A DNA stretch of 64,000 nt from Camelus ferus (taxonomy: Eukaryota): NCBI RefSeq assembly GCF_009834535.1, contig NC_045697.1, positions 54,624,001 through 54,688,000 of the forward strand. The letters run 5' to 3'. The notes under the pieces were generated by a model that saw only the letters and a program-made list of their open reading frames with translations, was not told the origin of the DNA and did no database searches. How positions within the stretch are numbered: position 1 is the first letter of the stretch; each line of letters opens with the position of its first letter. Positions 11,394 through 24,289 of this stretch are shown piece after piece. A program made the position numbers and the translations under genes.

Positions 11394-12489
11394 GCCTTCA
11401 TTTCCTTCATGTCACTGTCATTCTTCACCCCTATCCCCATCACACTGTTACTGTTGGCAGCTTGTCCTGTCTTGTCTGTCACATAATCTGACTGTCAAAC
11501 AAGTTATACTCACTACCGACGTGAGGACACTGAATCCTCCCATTTATAGTCCAGCTGCTCTTAGCCCAACTGGATTGAGGCCATTCTCATACATACATAT
11601 TTTTGGAAATTTTTTCCCAGGATGGGTGGGAAGTGGAGGGAGAGGAAGGGTGGGGGAAAGATGGGAATTAAGCATAGTTATGATATGATGAACTCAGGAC
11701 CCTCCCCAGTCAGTTTTTTTTTTTTTTTTTTATAAAGAGCTGGCAGGGAGTTTTGAAATCCATTGACTTAATTTCTGGAAATGAGCAAACATACCCTATA
11801 CTTAATACACAGTACACAGTACTTAATACACTTAATATACACAGATATTAAGTTCTTCCCCAAGGTCACCAACAAATAAGTGGTAGGGCTGAGAATAGAG
11901 CCCAGCTTCTGTTTCTCAAGCCAGTGCTCTTTCCGTTCAATCAGGCTACCTCCCAATAAGAATATTTCAGGAAAAGCATTTGCCTTCTTTCTCTCCATCA
12001 CCACCTCTCTCTCTCCTCTCTTCATTAGGTTCTTTTATTTTGATTTAGTAGAATTCATGAATTCAGATAATTACATGGTCCTTACATTTTTTTCATGAAG
12101 ACACAATCTTAGGGAGTCATAAGTGGGACCAAAATGCAACTATTTTATTTGATTCCTAGTTCACTACTTTTCCCACTGATACACATTAGTATTTTCTCTG
12201 TGGCATTGAAGTTAATTATCAATTCCCAGTGATAACCTATGGAGTTAGTGTACAATATGGTCAAGTTAAAATAGGTATTGTGTGGAAAATTTATAAAAAT
12301 GCTTGAATAAGTTTCCATGGAAATATTATTAGTGTCTTGGTAACACTGAGAGTCTGCTGTATTACATCACTGTCTAAACTGAATGGGAATAAATATGAAA
12401 ATATTCAAATAAGGATGATGTAGTTACATATGCTGGGTATAAAATCGTCTGATTGGAAAAAAAAGAAGATCACAATCTTCTGCCTCCCT

Positions 12490-12947
12490 GTTTATATGCC
12501 CTTTGCAATGTGGCTCTGCTGGCTTTGTGACTCTGCTGGCCTTGTGACTCCACTGGCCTTGTGACTCCCTTTGGCCATCAGAATGCAGCGGAAGTGAAAT
12601 TGCACCAAATCTGAGCCTAGGTCTCAAGAGTCCTTAAATACTTCTCAGATGAGTCCCAAGTTTCAGCCTTAACAGGCCTTGGAAACCTACCCAGACGCAT
12701 AAAAATAAGCCTGGGCTAGCCTGCTGGAGGGTGAGAAATCATGGATAAGAGATAAGTTGTCCCAGCTGAGGTCATCCTGGATCAGCCACTGTCTAGCCAA
12801 CACAGTAAATGACCACAGACACACAGGTGAACACTGTGAAGACTGGAAGAATCACCTGGCTGAGCCTGGCCCAGATTATTAACCTGCCGAATTCTTATTT
12901 TGAGTCACTAAGTTTTGGTGTGGTTTATTATGCAGCTAACTTACACA
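12490..12947 (+). mobile_element. MaLR LTR (MLT1H-like) containing a 17-bp x4 tandem repeat
   Basis: ccctttgcaatgtg...gagtcactaagttttggtgtggtttattatgcagc. Confidence 0.7.
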
Positions 12948-13844
12948 GATTACTCGACTAACCTTTTGCTTTAATAGTTAACTAATCCAGGTTAAGAAGT
13001 CTTTTCTAGTGAATTTATTTATAATGTTATCTCTGAGATAATGCAGGGCATTATTTAAGGATGGATGTGCATGTAGTCCAGTGTTCATAGAGTCTTACTT
13101 GGAAATTATAGACTTGCTTATTTTAGCTGTGGGTTCTATTTTAGCTTCAAAGCTTGTCTCTAGTACTCCTTTTATGGAGTCATCGAAACAGGAGAATTTT
13201 TGTTTTACATGTACTATGTAAATAAGATCATGTTTTCAGCCTGTGGTGGAAATAAAAGTGAACCAGGAGTTGGAGAACATTTTCTTGACCAGCTACTGAT
13301 AACCTGAGGCTGTGTCTTCCTAGTTAATGCAGAGGTCTCTGTAGAGGAGGTTAACTTCCAGACTCCTTGTCAGCAGTCATTCTAATGAAGTAAGAGAAGT
13401 AAGGAGATGTGCATCCTGACATGAGAATGGAAAGTTAACAAAAGCAACAACAGCAATAACACAATACTTTGTCTGCAAGATAAGTAGTCTAAATTGTTGA
13501 TCGCATCTTCCAAAGGTATCCTTAGTTGTCCTGATAAAAACTAGGATGCGGAGAATGTAGCTTCTCAGTAAGACACCCACAGAACTGTGCAGGTTTTGGC
13601 CTTCCTTTGAGAACAACTGTTTCTCACAGCCTCTTGTCTCATTTCTTGCCCACAGTATATGAGAACATTCTCCCCTTTAGAAGGATGTCAAGGCTGATTT
13701 GAGTATCTGGCATAAAAAAAAAAAAAGACCAAATGCAATCATCTAGTAGTTTTAAATGGCAGCTTTAAATACTATGAGGAGATACAATAATGATATCGAT
13801 GAACAATGTATCTATCTAGCTTTTATAGAGATCAGTTTAACACA

Positions 13845-13879
13845 TTGCAGTGTGAGAATAAAACCACAAGATGGCAAGA
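13845..13879 (+). promoter_or_regulatory. CTCF-like site with upstream module
   Basis: Core ccacaagatggca (13864-13876), preceded 13 nt upstream by tgcag. Confidence 0.5.
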
Positions 13880-14499
13880 GAATGATTCAAATCTCCAATG
13901 CCTTTTACTTTCTCCAAACTAAGTGATGTATCCGTTTGCGCTAATTAACCCTGTCATTAATTCAGTGGAAGGGTTAATTAATTAAAGCTAGGCATAATAG
14001 TTATGGTTTCCAGAAATATTTTAACCTTTAGAAAATCTCCATTTCATCTGTGTCAAGGAACACCAAGGAATGAGGATTTGGCTTGCCAAAAATAAGTCCA
14101 CATTTCTTTTTGGTTTGAAAAGAATCTGATGTTCGTATATTAGAATCTAGCATTTAAAGTTGATTGCAGTGAGTAGACACAGAGCTCAAGTATGCTAAGA
14201 TCTCCCGGAAATTCAAATGAAGCTAATTGTCTTACATTTTGGCCCCAAATTCTTATATAGAGAGAGGAGATCATGGGAAAAAGAAACATATTTTTCTGGA
14301 GTGAATTTGGAAAAAGAAGATTCAGGGGCAAGTTAGGTTTAACTTCCCACTTCAAATTATTGCTGAGGGAAGTCAGATTATTAGGCTTAATGGAGAAGGA
14401 GCATGGAAGTGGGGAGGTGATGGGAAGACTGAGCCAACTGCACAATAAAAGACAACCTTCTTGTGTATCTGTATGGCTTTCTGTATGTTATCTCTTTAA

Positions 14500-14680
14500 A
14501 TCCTCCCCATGAACCTATGAGAGGAGGAGTATTATTACCATCCCCATTTTATATAGAAGAAACTGAGGCTCAAAGTGGTTAACTAGCCAACAATTACTTC
14601 ACTAATAATAAGTGAAAGAATCACATGTTGAATGCAGATCATTTGAGTGCAGAGTCCTTGCTTTTAGTGTTCTACTCTCC
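14500..14680 (-). mobile_element. MIR
   Basis: ccccattttatatagaagaaactgaggctcaaagtggttaa core. Confidence 0.75.
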
Positions 14681-16821
14681 CACCCCTGGACACATGCTGG
14701 AAATAGCATAGCCTCAGTTTTTTTTACTTATAAGAAAATACATTTCATACATAGTATTATATATAATAGACAATATACTGACACAATCTAGTATATACCA
14801 TATATATGTAGTAAAATTGACTGCAGTTTTATTAAAATACGTTTTTAATGTAGTTGACTTCTTTTTACAAGAGATAAAGGACAAATTAAAAGTCAGGGAA
14901 TCTAAGGTATTACCTGAGACATTTAGCAAAATTTTCCCAGGAGTAGAACTTTATGTTTTGAAATTGAAATAGTGTTGTGTCTTAATAGTTGACCAGCTGT
15001 TTTGTGCACCTCCAGGAACAAACTTGGAAGCTTTCTCATGTTCAAGGCTTTTGAATTGGTCTCTGTGTATACCTGTGTATGTGTGAATGTGAGAATATGT
15101 GTGTCTGAATGAAGTGGGTCATACTGAGGAGAGAAGACAATCTTCCCGTATCAAATAGTTATTTCAATGAACTAGGAATCAAAGTCCCCCCATCTCCTGC
15201 TGGGGGCACTTGTGAATCTTAGTAGGCTGGATGGTCTTAATCAATCTTGGCTAAATAAATATATTCAGTCCCTCTGACTGAAGATGGCAAACGTTGACTG
15301 AAACTGCAAATTAAAATGAAAAATTTATACTTAAAAACCAACAAAGCTTAATAAGAGTGAATAAAATTTAAATAGTTAAACCCTCAATGAAGTGTTTTGG
15401 AATTTTGGAGCATTTATAATTTTGGAGTTATTAAAACTTAAAACTACAGTAAGACTTTTGGACACTCTAATTATGGAGAATGAGAGAGAGATTGAGAGGG
15501 AGGAAGGGAGATATGGAGTGAGAGATTGATGATGGAAACTCCCATCCTCAAGCTAAAATTCCACCTGCATTGGCACTGATGCCATCGCCTGTGCCATCCT
15601 CTATCCATCCTTGTATTGGTCTCTCCCTTGTATTTTATAAGGACCTTGACTCCTGCTGATGGTCTTCTCTTTCTGCTGCCATCAGCCATTCAACATCCAT
15701 TGGATAATTTAGCCAACACCCAGCCTGTGGTACCTGTACCCCCTGACATAGACCTTTATTCACACTTGTGGCACTGTCATCTTCTGGAATGCTTTGGGAT
15801 TTACTCTCTGAGACCCTCACTTCCCTATTTACAGTTTACCCTTTCATCTTATTATGATCTCTAGCCTCTTGGCTTTTCATTTTATTCCCCCAAGTCTAGG
15901 TTTCAGTCCCTACCCACCCCCCAGGTTATATCCCTTGTATGATGTCTTTTAATCAATGACCAGTATCTTCTCTTATTTTTCCCAAACTGCAAATCTCATC
16001 TGGCAGGACTTGGGATCAGTGGAAGCAAATTCCTCATTCTGCATTCACTCCCCAACCTTCAGCACATTTTCATCCTTCCTCAGCGTGCTATGGTATCTTA
16101 TTCCATTCAGAACAGTTTTTGTAATCCAAATTTTATGGATTACAAACCTGAGGCTCAGTGATGTTAAAAACTCGTTCATGGTCCCCTGTCTAGAAAATGG
16201 TAGAGCCAAGTCAGGTTTTCTAACTCTTGAGTTCTCTGTTTGTTTTTTTTTTCCTCAGAAGGTTTTGAATACTCTTAGGAAGAGGATGCACACATTTTGG
16301 TATACGTTAATTACTTTGGTTCTGAGATAAATTTTCATTGTTTTGATTTTTGGTAATGGAAATCTGACCAGAGGACAAGTGTCCCTGCTATTGGAAAGGG
16401 TTCCTGTGAAACCCTTCTAAGCCTAAATGGCATAAAGTGAAGCAGCAGTTACCTTAGGACACATTGTGCTAAGGTTGCACGAAGTAAATCCAGATAAAGC
16501 ACAGATGTTCACAGACACAATTCAAATCTATGGCGGCTGGATGCTGAGATGCTGGGAGTGGTTCCCAGGGAAGGAGCTTGGTGGTGCCACTCTCCCCTGT
16601 GAGGGGCGCGAGCTGCCTCTGTAACTGCTGCTGCAAAACAGTGAATGCTACTTTTGCTTTTCACTGTCTTTGTGAAAGTGAAAATCCTCTTCTGATTTCT
16701 TTCCGTCAGCAACAGGTACTAATGTAGGTCTTTCATAAAAGCGGAGTGGTGTAATGCGAACTCTCAAAAAACGGGGACACCTGTATTAACTATCAAGGAA
16801 AGGTGCATGAGTTTACGTATT

Positions 16822-16841
16822 ATACCAGCAGGTGGCGCTCT
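16822..16841 (+). promoter_or_regulatory. Strong CTCF motif
   Basis: ccagcaggtggcgct (16825-16839) matches the consensus CCASYAGRKGGCRS and lies in locally CpG-enriched unique DNA. Confidence 0.75.
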
Positions 16842-17687
16842 GAACCTGTAATCTAAACAGCTCAATTTCTGACGAACGGTCAGACTTTATCGAAGAGAAA
16901 GACGTAACGCATCATCCAAAATACAGTACCTCTAGCAATTATACTCAGTTGTCACATGTAGCTCCTGTGAAAGCGGATCAGAATAATTTAAGGTTTAGAA
17001 CCAAGGCTCTGGAGGGAGAATTTGGGTATTTGGTCTCATTTTGGAGGTAACTCAATGCATAAGCTTTCCATAAACTATCAGATCATTTACTGCAGGGAAT
17101 TTCAATCCCTGGTTTTATGGCACATCAGGAGGCCTCCAATTATCTCAAAATGTGTCACAAAAATCTTATAAAATTATGATAATTCTCCTTAACTTTGCAA
17201 ATATAGATTGCAATGCTTTTAGGAAGGAGAGGAGGCAGCAGCTTAGATAAATGATAGATTTAAGAGCTGAAAGAATCATTCCCTTTCTCATCTAAAATAT
17301 CTCCCTCACTGATTTGCAGTAGTGCTCAAGATGATCATTTCCCTCTCTTCCTTACAGGTAAGGCTTTGAAGAATCCAGTAACTGCAAATTCGTTGCTGGG
17401 TTCTTCAAAGGCTAAACCATCACAGCATTCATACTTATCAATATCGCCATCACCACAGGAATTAGATGAGCTTTAGGCATCTAATCACCTGGTAGTGATT
17501 TGAAAGCAAAGGACAAAGGCCAGAAAGTCAGATGGAGACGAAGATTAGGAACAATCGATAGCTTGGAGTGAGGATGCCTAGTGCCCCATAATGGTTGTTT
17601 TTGATAGTTTTATCCAGTTTTAGACATTCTCTTCTCCACTTTGCCTTGCCTTGCCTCACCTCTCCCGTTCTTCAGCATTTGGGCAGC

Positions 17688-17705
17688 TGCCACCAGAGGG
17701 CGTCC
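17688..17705 (+). promoter_or_regulatory. CTCF motif
   Basis: gccaccagagggcgtc, near consensus. Confidence 0.65.
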
Positions 17706-18669
17706 ATGTCTTAGAGAGCCCACAGCAGCAGCCACAAATAAAAAGACACCGTTTTTCTCAAATTCCTTTCCCATGTTTAAAAATCCCAAGAGCTAGAAAT
17801 AGAAGATGAGGAGAGGGGGACTTAACACACAAAGAGAAAAAAACAAGACCATTTGATGTTTATAAGCCTTGAAGAACAGACTATTCAAAAAATACCACAA
17901 AGAATAAAAATGTTTTACAGCTATATAACAGTATCACTAGAGAAGCTAGCCGAGGTGTAGCTGAGTGCCAGCAACTCAGTGACTGAATCTGGGGCACTCA
18001 TCTCACCCATGCATGTGTTCATTCATCCAGGATCTGCTGAGCTCCTACTAAGTGCCAGTGACTGGAGGAATAATGGAAACACACATCAGATGTGATCTTT
18101 GTTATCAAAAACTTACTATTTAGTGGAAGCTGCAGATACTAATTAGATAACGCTAATGTCCATAAACTGGAAAGCATTCTGAGGAGCTTCTTCAAGAGCA
18201 TATAAAAAAGCAGTCTCACCTGTAATCTCTAATTAGCATGTTCTGGGGGAAAATTCATGTAATTATTTTACATATTGAGTCTAAAACATAGAAACAAGAA
18301 GGGATGCGATGTTGGAACCAAAGATAAATATGCATCTCAAAGCCTCTCTCCTTCCTTCCTTCCTCCCTGACCCCTCCTTCCCTTCCTTTCCACTTTTCCT
18401 TCAGTTGGTACCTCACCCTCACCAGGTATTCCCTCCAAGCTTCGACTTGAACACACACCATCCCCTAGGAGTGGTAACTGGTTTCCTAAGTGAACAGAAG
18501 GGACTAGATTGCATAATCTAGATTTCCATGGGGGTGAACCTTGATCAGTAAAAAAATGGGAGCCTGGCACATAAATCCCCGTCCTTTCTCTCTTTCAGGG
18601 ACCTCTGTGAGGAGTAGCTCCTTCTTACAGCCTTTCCAGAGAAGTTGCCATATAGAGTCAACATGCTTG

Positions 18670-19011
18670 TGTTAAATTAATTGAACAAGGAGGCCGTTAG
18701 ACTGAGGAGGTTCTAATACCTTAGCAGCACATGTAAGTGACCCAAAGCCCAAGCCTACCCAGTGAATCAACACCTAAGGACAGCCAAGCACAAACAGCCA
18801 ACTGGGCTTTCCCAGTTAGAACAACTGCTTGAGATCTAGCCAAGGAAATAATTTCCTTGCCTTGCTTCCACTTCTCTGTAAATGTCTTTCCACTAGCTCC
18901 TGTCAAGTTTGCACTCCTAACAACTTCCAGTTTGGTGTTGCCCGATTTGAGTCCATTTTTGCTCAGATAAATTCTTAAAATCATTCATGGGCTTCAGCTT
19001 ATCTTTTAACA
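18670..19011 (+). mobile_element. ERV1 solo LTR (MER93-like)
   Basis: tgttaaa...tttaaca inverted termini; ggaggccgttagactgagg. Confidence 0.75.
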
Positions 19012-20579
19012 TCTGCTGGACAACTTGCTGGCTCACTGTGCAGTGACAGCTGCACAGTGATGCCCAACTGTGCCACAACGCATCCTCCTTGGCTTCCCTA
19101 CCCATCCCCTCTTACTCTCTGCCTTGGCCTTTCAACCCCCAACCACAGAATTAGCATCTCTATCCTCGCCAAGGCTCTACTTTCTAGAGGCCTCCGGGCC
19201 TGGATAAGGTGCTGTCTTTGGTAATAATGCAGCCCACTTCTGGTAATGACACAAATGTTTTTAGAAATCACTGGGGATTTGCAAACCATCAACTGGGGAA
19301 CATTTTCCTAGTTAGTTTCTTTTCCACCTAGGGTTGTGGGCAATCTGGGCACAAGGGTTTGTATTTTTGTCTTTGAATTTCCCCTCTCTAGCAGAGTCCT
19401 GGCAGCCAGTAGGCACTCAACAAACGCTACAGCTGGCTTAAACTAAACAGCTGAAATATCTAGGTGTCATAGGTGTGCATTCTGCTTGAAGAAAACCTTA
19501 TTCTTACAATGCAAATTGATCAGTGAAGTTAGTCAAGTAGAGATTATTTGCATCATAGAATAACATCTTTGGGGAATTGTATAAAATAAGAAAAACTCCT
19601 CATGAAATTTAGTTCATCATAAAATTAGTTTATACATATATTTTCAGGATAATGTTCATTTCTAAAAGAAGCATATATACCTCCTAGAGTCATTTGCAAC
19701 CAAAGATCATTTATGATGACATTGAAATGTCCTATAAAATGTGGACTTTTCTTGACACTATCTAAACAGACTGTGAAAATAGTCACCTAAATACACATAG
19801 TTAAAGCAGCTGTGCAAAAACTTAAACCCTTTAAAAATGGCCTGTCCTCTATGATGTATGGATTAATAACAAATATGCATGTTGCCCACTAATGTGAAGT
19901 GCTTTAGATTTGCCTCGTTTCTGTCCTCTCAAAGACTAATCATTTAAGTTAGGACAAGACAGGGGCGGGGGTGGGGAGGGCAGAACTTCTGCCCAGAGGT
20001 GGCGGGGATGAACTGGAAGGCTGTCTGTGGTGCCCAGCAAACGTGGGACATGCTCTGCTCTAATCCCGGGCTCACCTGCTTTCAAATCCTGGCTTTGAAG
20101 GTTTAAATCTCTAACTTGACCCCAATTCAGTCCCTGCCTTTGTAAATTGATGACTAGAACACCGGCCAGATCTGCTCCAGCATTGTTGCCTGGATCAGAG
20201 GGGATAACGTATGGGCTAGTGCTTTGCAAAGAGGAAACTGCTAGTTAAATGTGGTATCATTATTATTACTCAGGAAGAACACTTAGCTCATTGCTTAGTA
20301 ATCGTGAGGCACATAGTGTCACTAAAGAAGACAATATAATGGTCTTAAGAGGCTCTAATTCCGTTTCTTCTTTTTATTCAAGCACACAATTGCATTCAAA
20401 CACTTCACAGACAGCCCAAAATGGGCCCTGTGGAGGCTGATAAGGAAAATTAGAACAAGGAGCTATTTGCTCCCTCATTTTAATAACTGAATCAAGGAGC
20501 AGGCACTTTAATATAGGAAAGAAGGAACACTTTCTCTTAGTCCTCAGTAAGATAATGACTCCATTACAAAGCGGGCCTT

Positions 20580-21078
20580 CCACCATAGAGGATGCAGGCT
20601 GCTCTCACTCTTGGGGAGTTTCCCCCGCATTTGAAGACAGAGAAAGATACCATCACCGTCAAAACAAAGTGCCCTCAGTGTGTAAAATCAGACTTACATT
20701 TAGCCACCATTCACAGAGGATGAAACACACCTGAGCATTTTCCTCAGGGTCTGATGAAGAGTGGGCAGTTGTGTGGACACATGAGAGGTCAGAGTATGAG
20801 GCAAGTGCAGTGAACTGGGGGAAACTCAGCAAACCCCGTGTGTTTGGTTCTTCTTGGCATCCCTTTGTCTTTGGAGCTAAGGATGTGCCTTTCCTCCTGG
20901 TCTAGGGAGGGCACCTCCCACGTGAGGGGTTAATGACCTGTTTCAGGGGAGGAGACTGTAGGGGGAGGTCACAGTGATCTTTTTGCTTCTCTGCTATTTT
21001 CTGAAACTCCTTCCACTTAAAATATTCAATATGCGAATGTGCCATGGTTTGGGGGTAATGTTTCCAGACCCCTATCCA
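20580..21078 (-). mobile_element. ERV1 LTR (MER34/MER39-group-like)
   Basis: Reverse strand begins with tctggaaacattacccccaaaccatggcac...atattgaatattttaag. Confidence 0.6.
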
Positions 21079-21422
21079 TATATGCTCATTTGCTTTCATC
21101 ATAATTCCTAGAGATAGATACAACATTTTAACTGGAGGCTGATAAGGGAGAATACATATTCCCATGAGAGAACCGTGCCTCTGTGAACACCTGCAGGAGC
21201 GCGCCCTGCGTGGAGGCCGCTGTACCTTTCTTTCTGTTAATGCTGAATCTCAGTGGGTGATGGTCTGAGGAGTTTGAAATAAAAAATAAAGCACTTCTGA
21301 GTGAACCATTGAGACTACTGTCAGTGCCTACCACACAGTGTCTAGACTGTAACAGGCATTCTGGAAATATTTGTGGAATAAATGAGCAAATGAATGATGG
21401 CATCTACATTCTGTAACGACAC

Positions 21423-21812
21423 TGTTAAAAAAACAGAATTCAACCAAGTACATTTTAAAGATCTTACTGGCTTTATGCAAGGATTCATGAATAGAGCAGC
21501 GTCCCATCTAGCAGGTGAAAGGAGTTCCCAGGAGCTGTACAAAACAAAGGACTTTTACAGTCAGAAGTGAGCAGGAACAGGGAGGTTCTACTAGACAAAA
21601 AAGCAAGTTGTTTCAGGCAAAGTTGCTTTTCTCTGGGGAGTGGCAGGAGTCTGTCCAGCAGATCACCTAACTAGTGCTGATTAGGTGATTCCTGACTGGT
21701 GTAAGATTCCATTTCTGGGAAAGTGAAAATGGAAATTAAGTCTCAGTTAATTTGATGTGGGGCATAGCATAAGGGAGTCCATTTTGGGCCTGTTGTCTTG
21801 TTTTTAAGAACA
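21423..21812 (-). mobile_element. ERV1 solo LTR (MER4-group-like)
   Basis: tgttaaaa...aaca termini; gggagtccattttgggcctg. Confidence 0.6.
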
Positions 21813-22904
21813 AGAAAAATAGATCTGCAGTAATACTTCATTCCTAAACTTACAATACATGGTTTTAGATGTTTTGCATGGGGAGGTGACTGCTGTTCTT
21901 ATGCTGCAATGTTTTTATTGATAGTATTTCCTCCTCTTCCCTTTAGCTTCAAAAGTGTAAGCTAATTAATATAGAATTCTGAAGCCTGCAGGTCAAGGCT
22001 GGAAAAACCTTGGGAACAATGGGTTATAATGTATGCAGAGGATCCTTTCAAAGTCCTGTGTAGAGCGTATGTGCACGTACTTCCTGCAGTAGAAAGTCGG
22101 AGAGCAGCTGCGGTGCCTTGTTTCGTGTGCCTGCTTTGATCGCTTCCTGTTGCTGTGATTTGGGCAAATTATTTAACCTTCCAAGCCCCTCTGAAGATTT
22201 TGGCAATAGCAGTACCCTCCTTATAAGATTTTTGTGAAAATTTAGGCAGTTAATATATACAGAATTTTGTTCAAGTTTTAGTTCAATACTAAGTGGTCAG
22301 TGTTATCCTGTGTTTCAAGGTGAGGTTAACATATGGCTGTTTTGTGCTACCAAGCACCTTTAAAGACCTGTCCATTTTCTAACTATTCACTGAGAGTGAT
22401 TCCAGCATAGTGTCCTTTGCTGACACGGATGGAATCGTTTTAAAATGGATAGCTGGATAACAGCAGGCGCTGTACCTTTTAAACATCACATGGGTAAACA
22501 AGCCAATCAAGACTCCTCCTCTGGGAATTCTTAGGGCATTTTAATCTTAAAGTTAATTTCTTGGGGCATATTGAAAAATCTGATTTTTATCAATCAACTT
22601 TCCAGAGTTTTCTTACTGCTCTTTCAATATATATTAAAATAGATTTTCATTTTTTTAATTACAAAAGTTCATTATAGCTAATTTCAGAGGTAGAGATGTG
22701 AAAAGGAAAAAATTAAAAGGGCCCATAATCTCCCAATTGAGAGATATTAGAGTATATTTTTCCATAATTTCTCTTAGTATATCTATATATATTGACAAAT
22801 GTGATTAAAATATACATATTATTTTGTGACTTTTTCATTAAATACATCATGAATATATTTCCATCAATAAATGCTCTGGTGAGCCCTCATAGGTCTTTGT
22901 CAAC

Positions 22905-23100
22905 AATAATCTTTCATTTGCTCAACACTGTTCTAAGAGTTTTATATGTGTTACCTCATGTGCTCCTCAGAACGATCCATTTATAGTAGTATTACTATTA
23001 TACCCATTTTACAGATGAGGAAACTCAGGAATAGAGGCTTAACTACTTGTCATAAGCCATTCAGCTTGTATGTGGCAGAGCCAGGATTTAAACACAACTG
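22905..23100 (-). mobile_element. MIR
   Basis: cccattttacagatgaggaaact...ggcagagccaggattt. Confidence 0.8.
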
Positions 23101-23552
23101 TGCTCCCTGACTAAATTCTCATTTCTGTTCTCCCTGTGAATGATCTCACACTTTATTCTTTCCCTTCAGACTGCCAGCACTCTGGGAATTCAGTGCTTTT
23201 CCACACACATGTGGAACAGGCTGCTCAGCGTCCCCTCCAGCCACCTGTGTGCAGCAGGTCACTGCCTCTGTCATCAGTTGCTCTTCTTCTGGGCGCGACT
23301 TTCTTCTGTTAGTTTCTGCTGTTGCTTCCTCAACTCTGGCCCCTCAGAGGCAGATGCTACTCTTTCTTTTGTTTCTCACTCCCAGACCTTTCCCTTTGTT
23401 TCTCGCAGTGTAAAACCTGGCTGCCTCCAGGACCAAGATTTTGCTGAATATCATGGAATAGTAAAAATATCACAGAATAATTAGTCCAACAGAGGGTCTG
23501 ACTCACAAGTGGTTGCTAACGAAGGCTCCTCTGGAAGCCTGTGCGCCCTCAG

Positions 23553-23571
23553 GGTCCTGCAGGAGGCGCCC
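23553..23571 (+). promoter_or_regulatory. CTCF-like motif
   Basis: cctgcaggaggcgcc (23556-23570) in a small GC/CpG-rich patch. Confidence 0.45.
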
Positions 23572-24289
23572 TCCCCGCCTACTCCACTGCGTGCTCCGTT
23601 GGATAGGCGTCAACTCTGAGAATGTCCATTCTTTGAGTTCAGGTGCTTGTCTCAGTCTGAGCCAACTTCCTAATTCTCATTTTCCATACTAAGTAGCCTT
23701 TCCCCAGCATGACTGAAGAGGAGTATCTATTTCTTTTAGAGGAGAGTCTATTCCCATCCACAGGGGTGTGAAAACTACTGTAGGAACATTACATTAAAAC
23801 AGAATATCAAACATCTTAATTAACACTACATAAAGGACATCAAAAGTCCAGTATAGTTTTGTTTTCTGCGTTTCTTGCATCAAATCTTATTCAGGGTTGC
23901 CTTTTCTGCAGTCCTGAGGTTCTTATCCTGCATCACTTATAGGAAACTGTTCAACACACTTCCTTACAAAAGCAGCTAGCAATTTGCAGCACCTGAGCTA
24001 TACATAGAGATAAGACATAAGCTATACAGAGATAAATATTTTTCCTTTCCTCCTTGTATAAACACAATCAAGAGATAGAGACAGCTGGTTCAATCATAGA
24101 CACCAAAAAAAAAAAAATTAAAAAAAAAAACAAAACTTACTTCTAGGTAAAAAACAGTTGAATTCAGGTAATGTCACAGTGTCACAGTTTTCTCCAAGGC
24201 TATTCAGTGAATACTTTCTTTACATTTTTGTAATGAAAGGTTATATTCAACTTTAAAAAATTTAGTCCAAAGGTAAATTAAAGGTAAAG

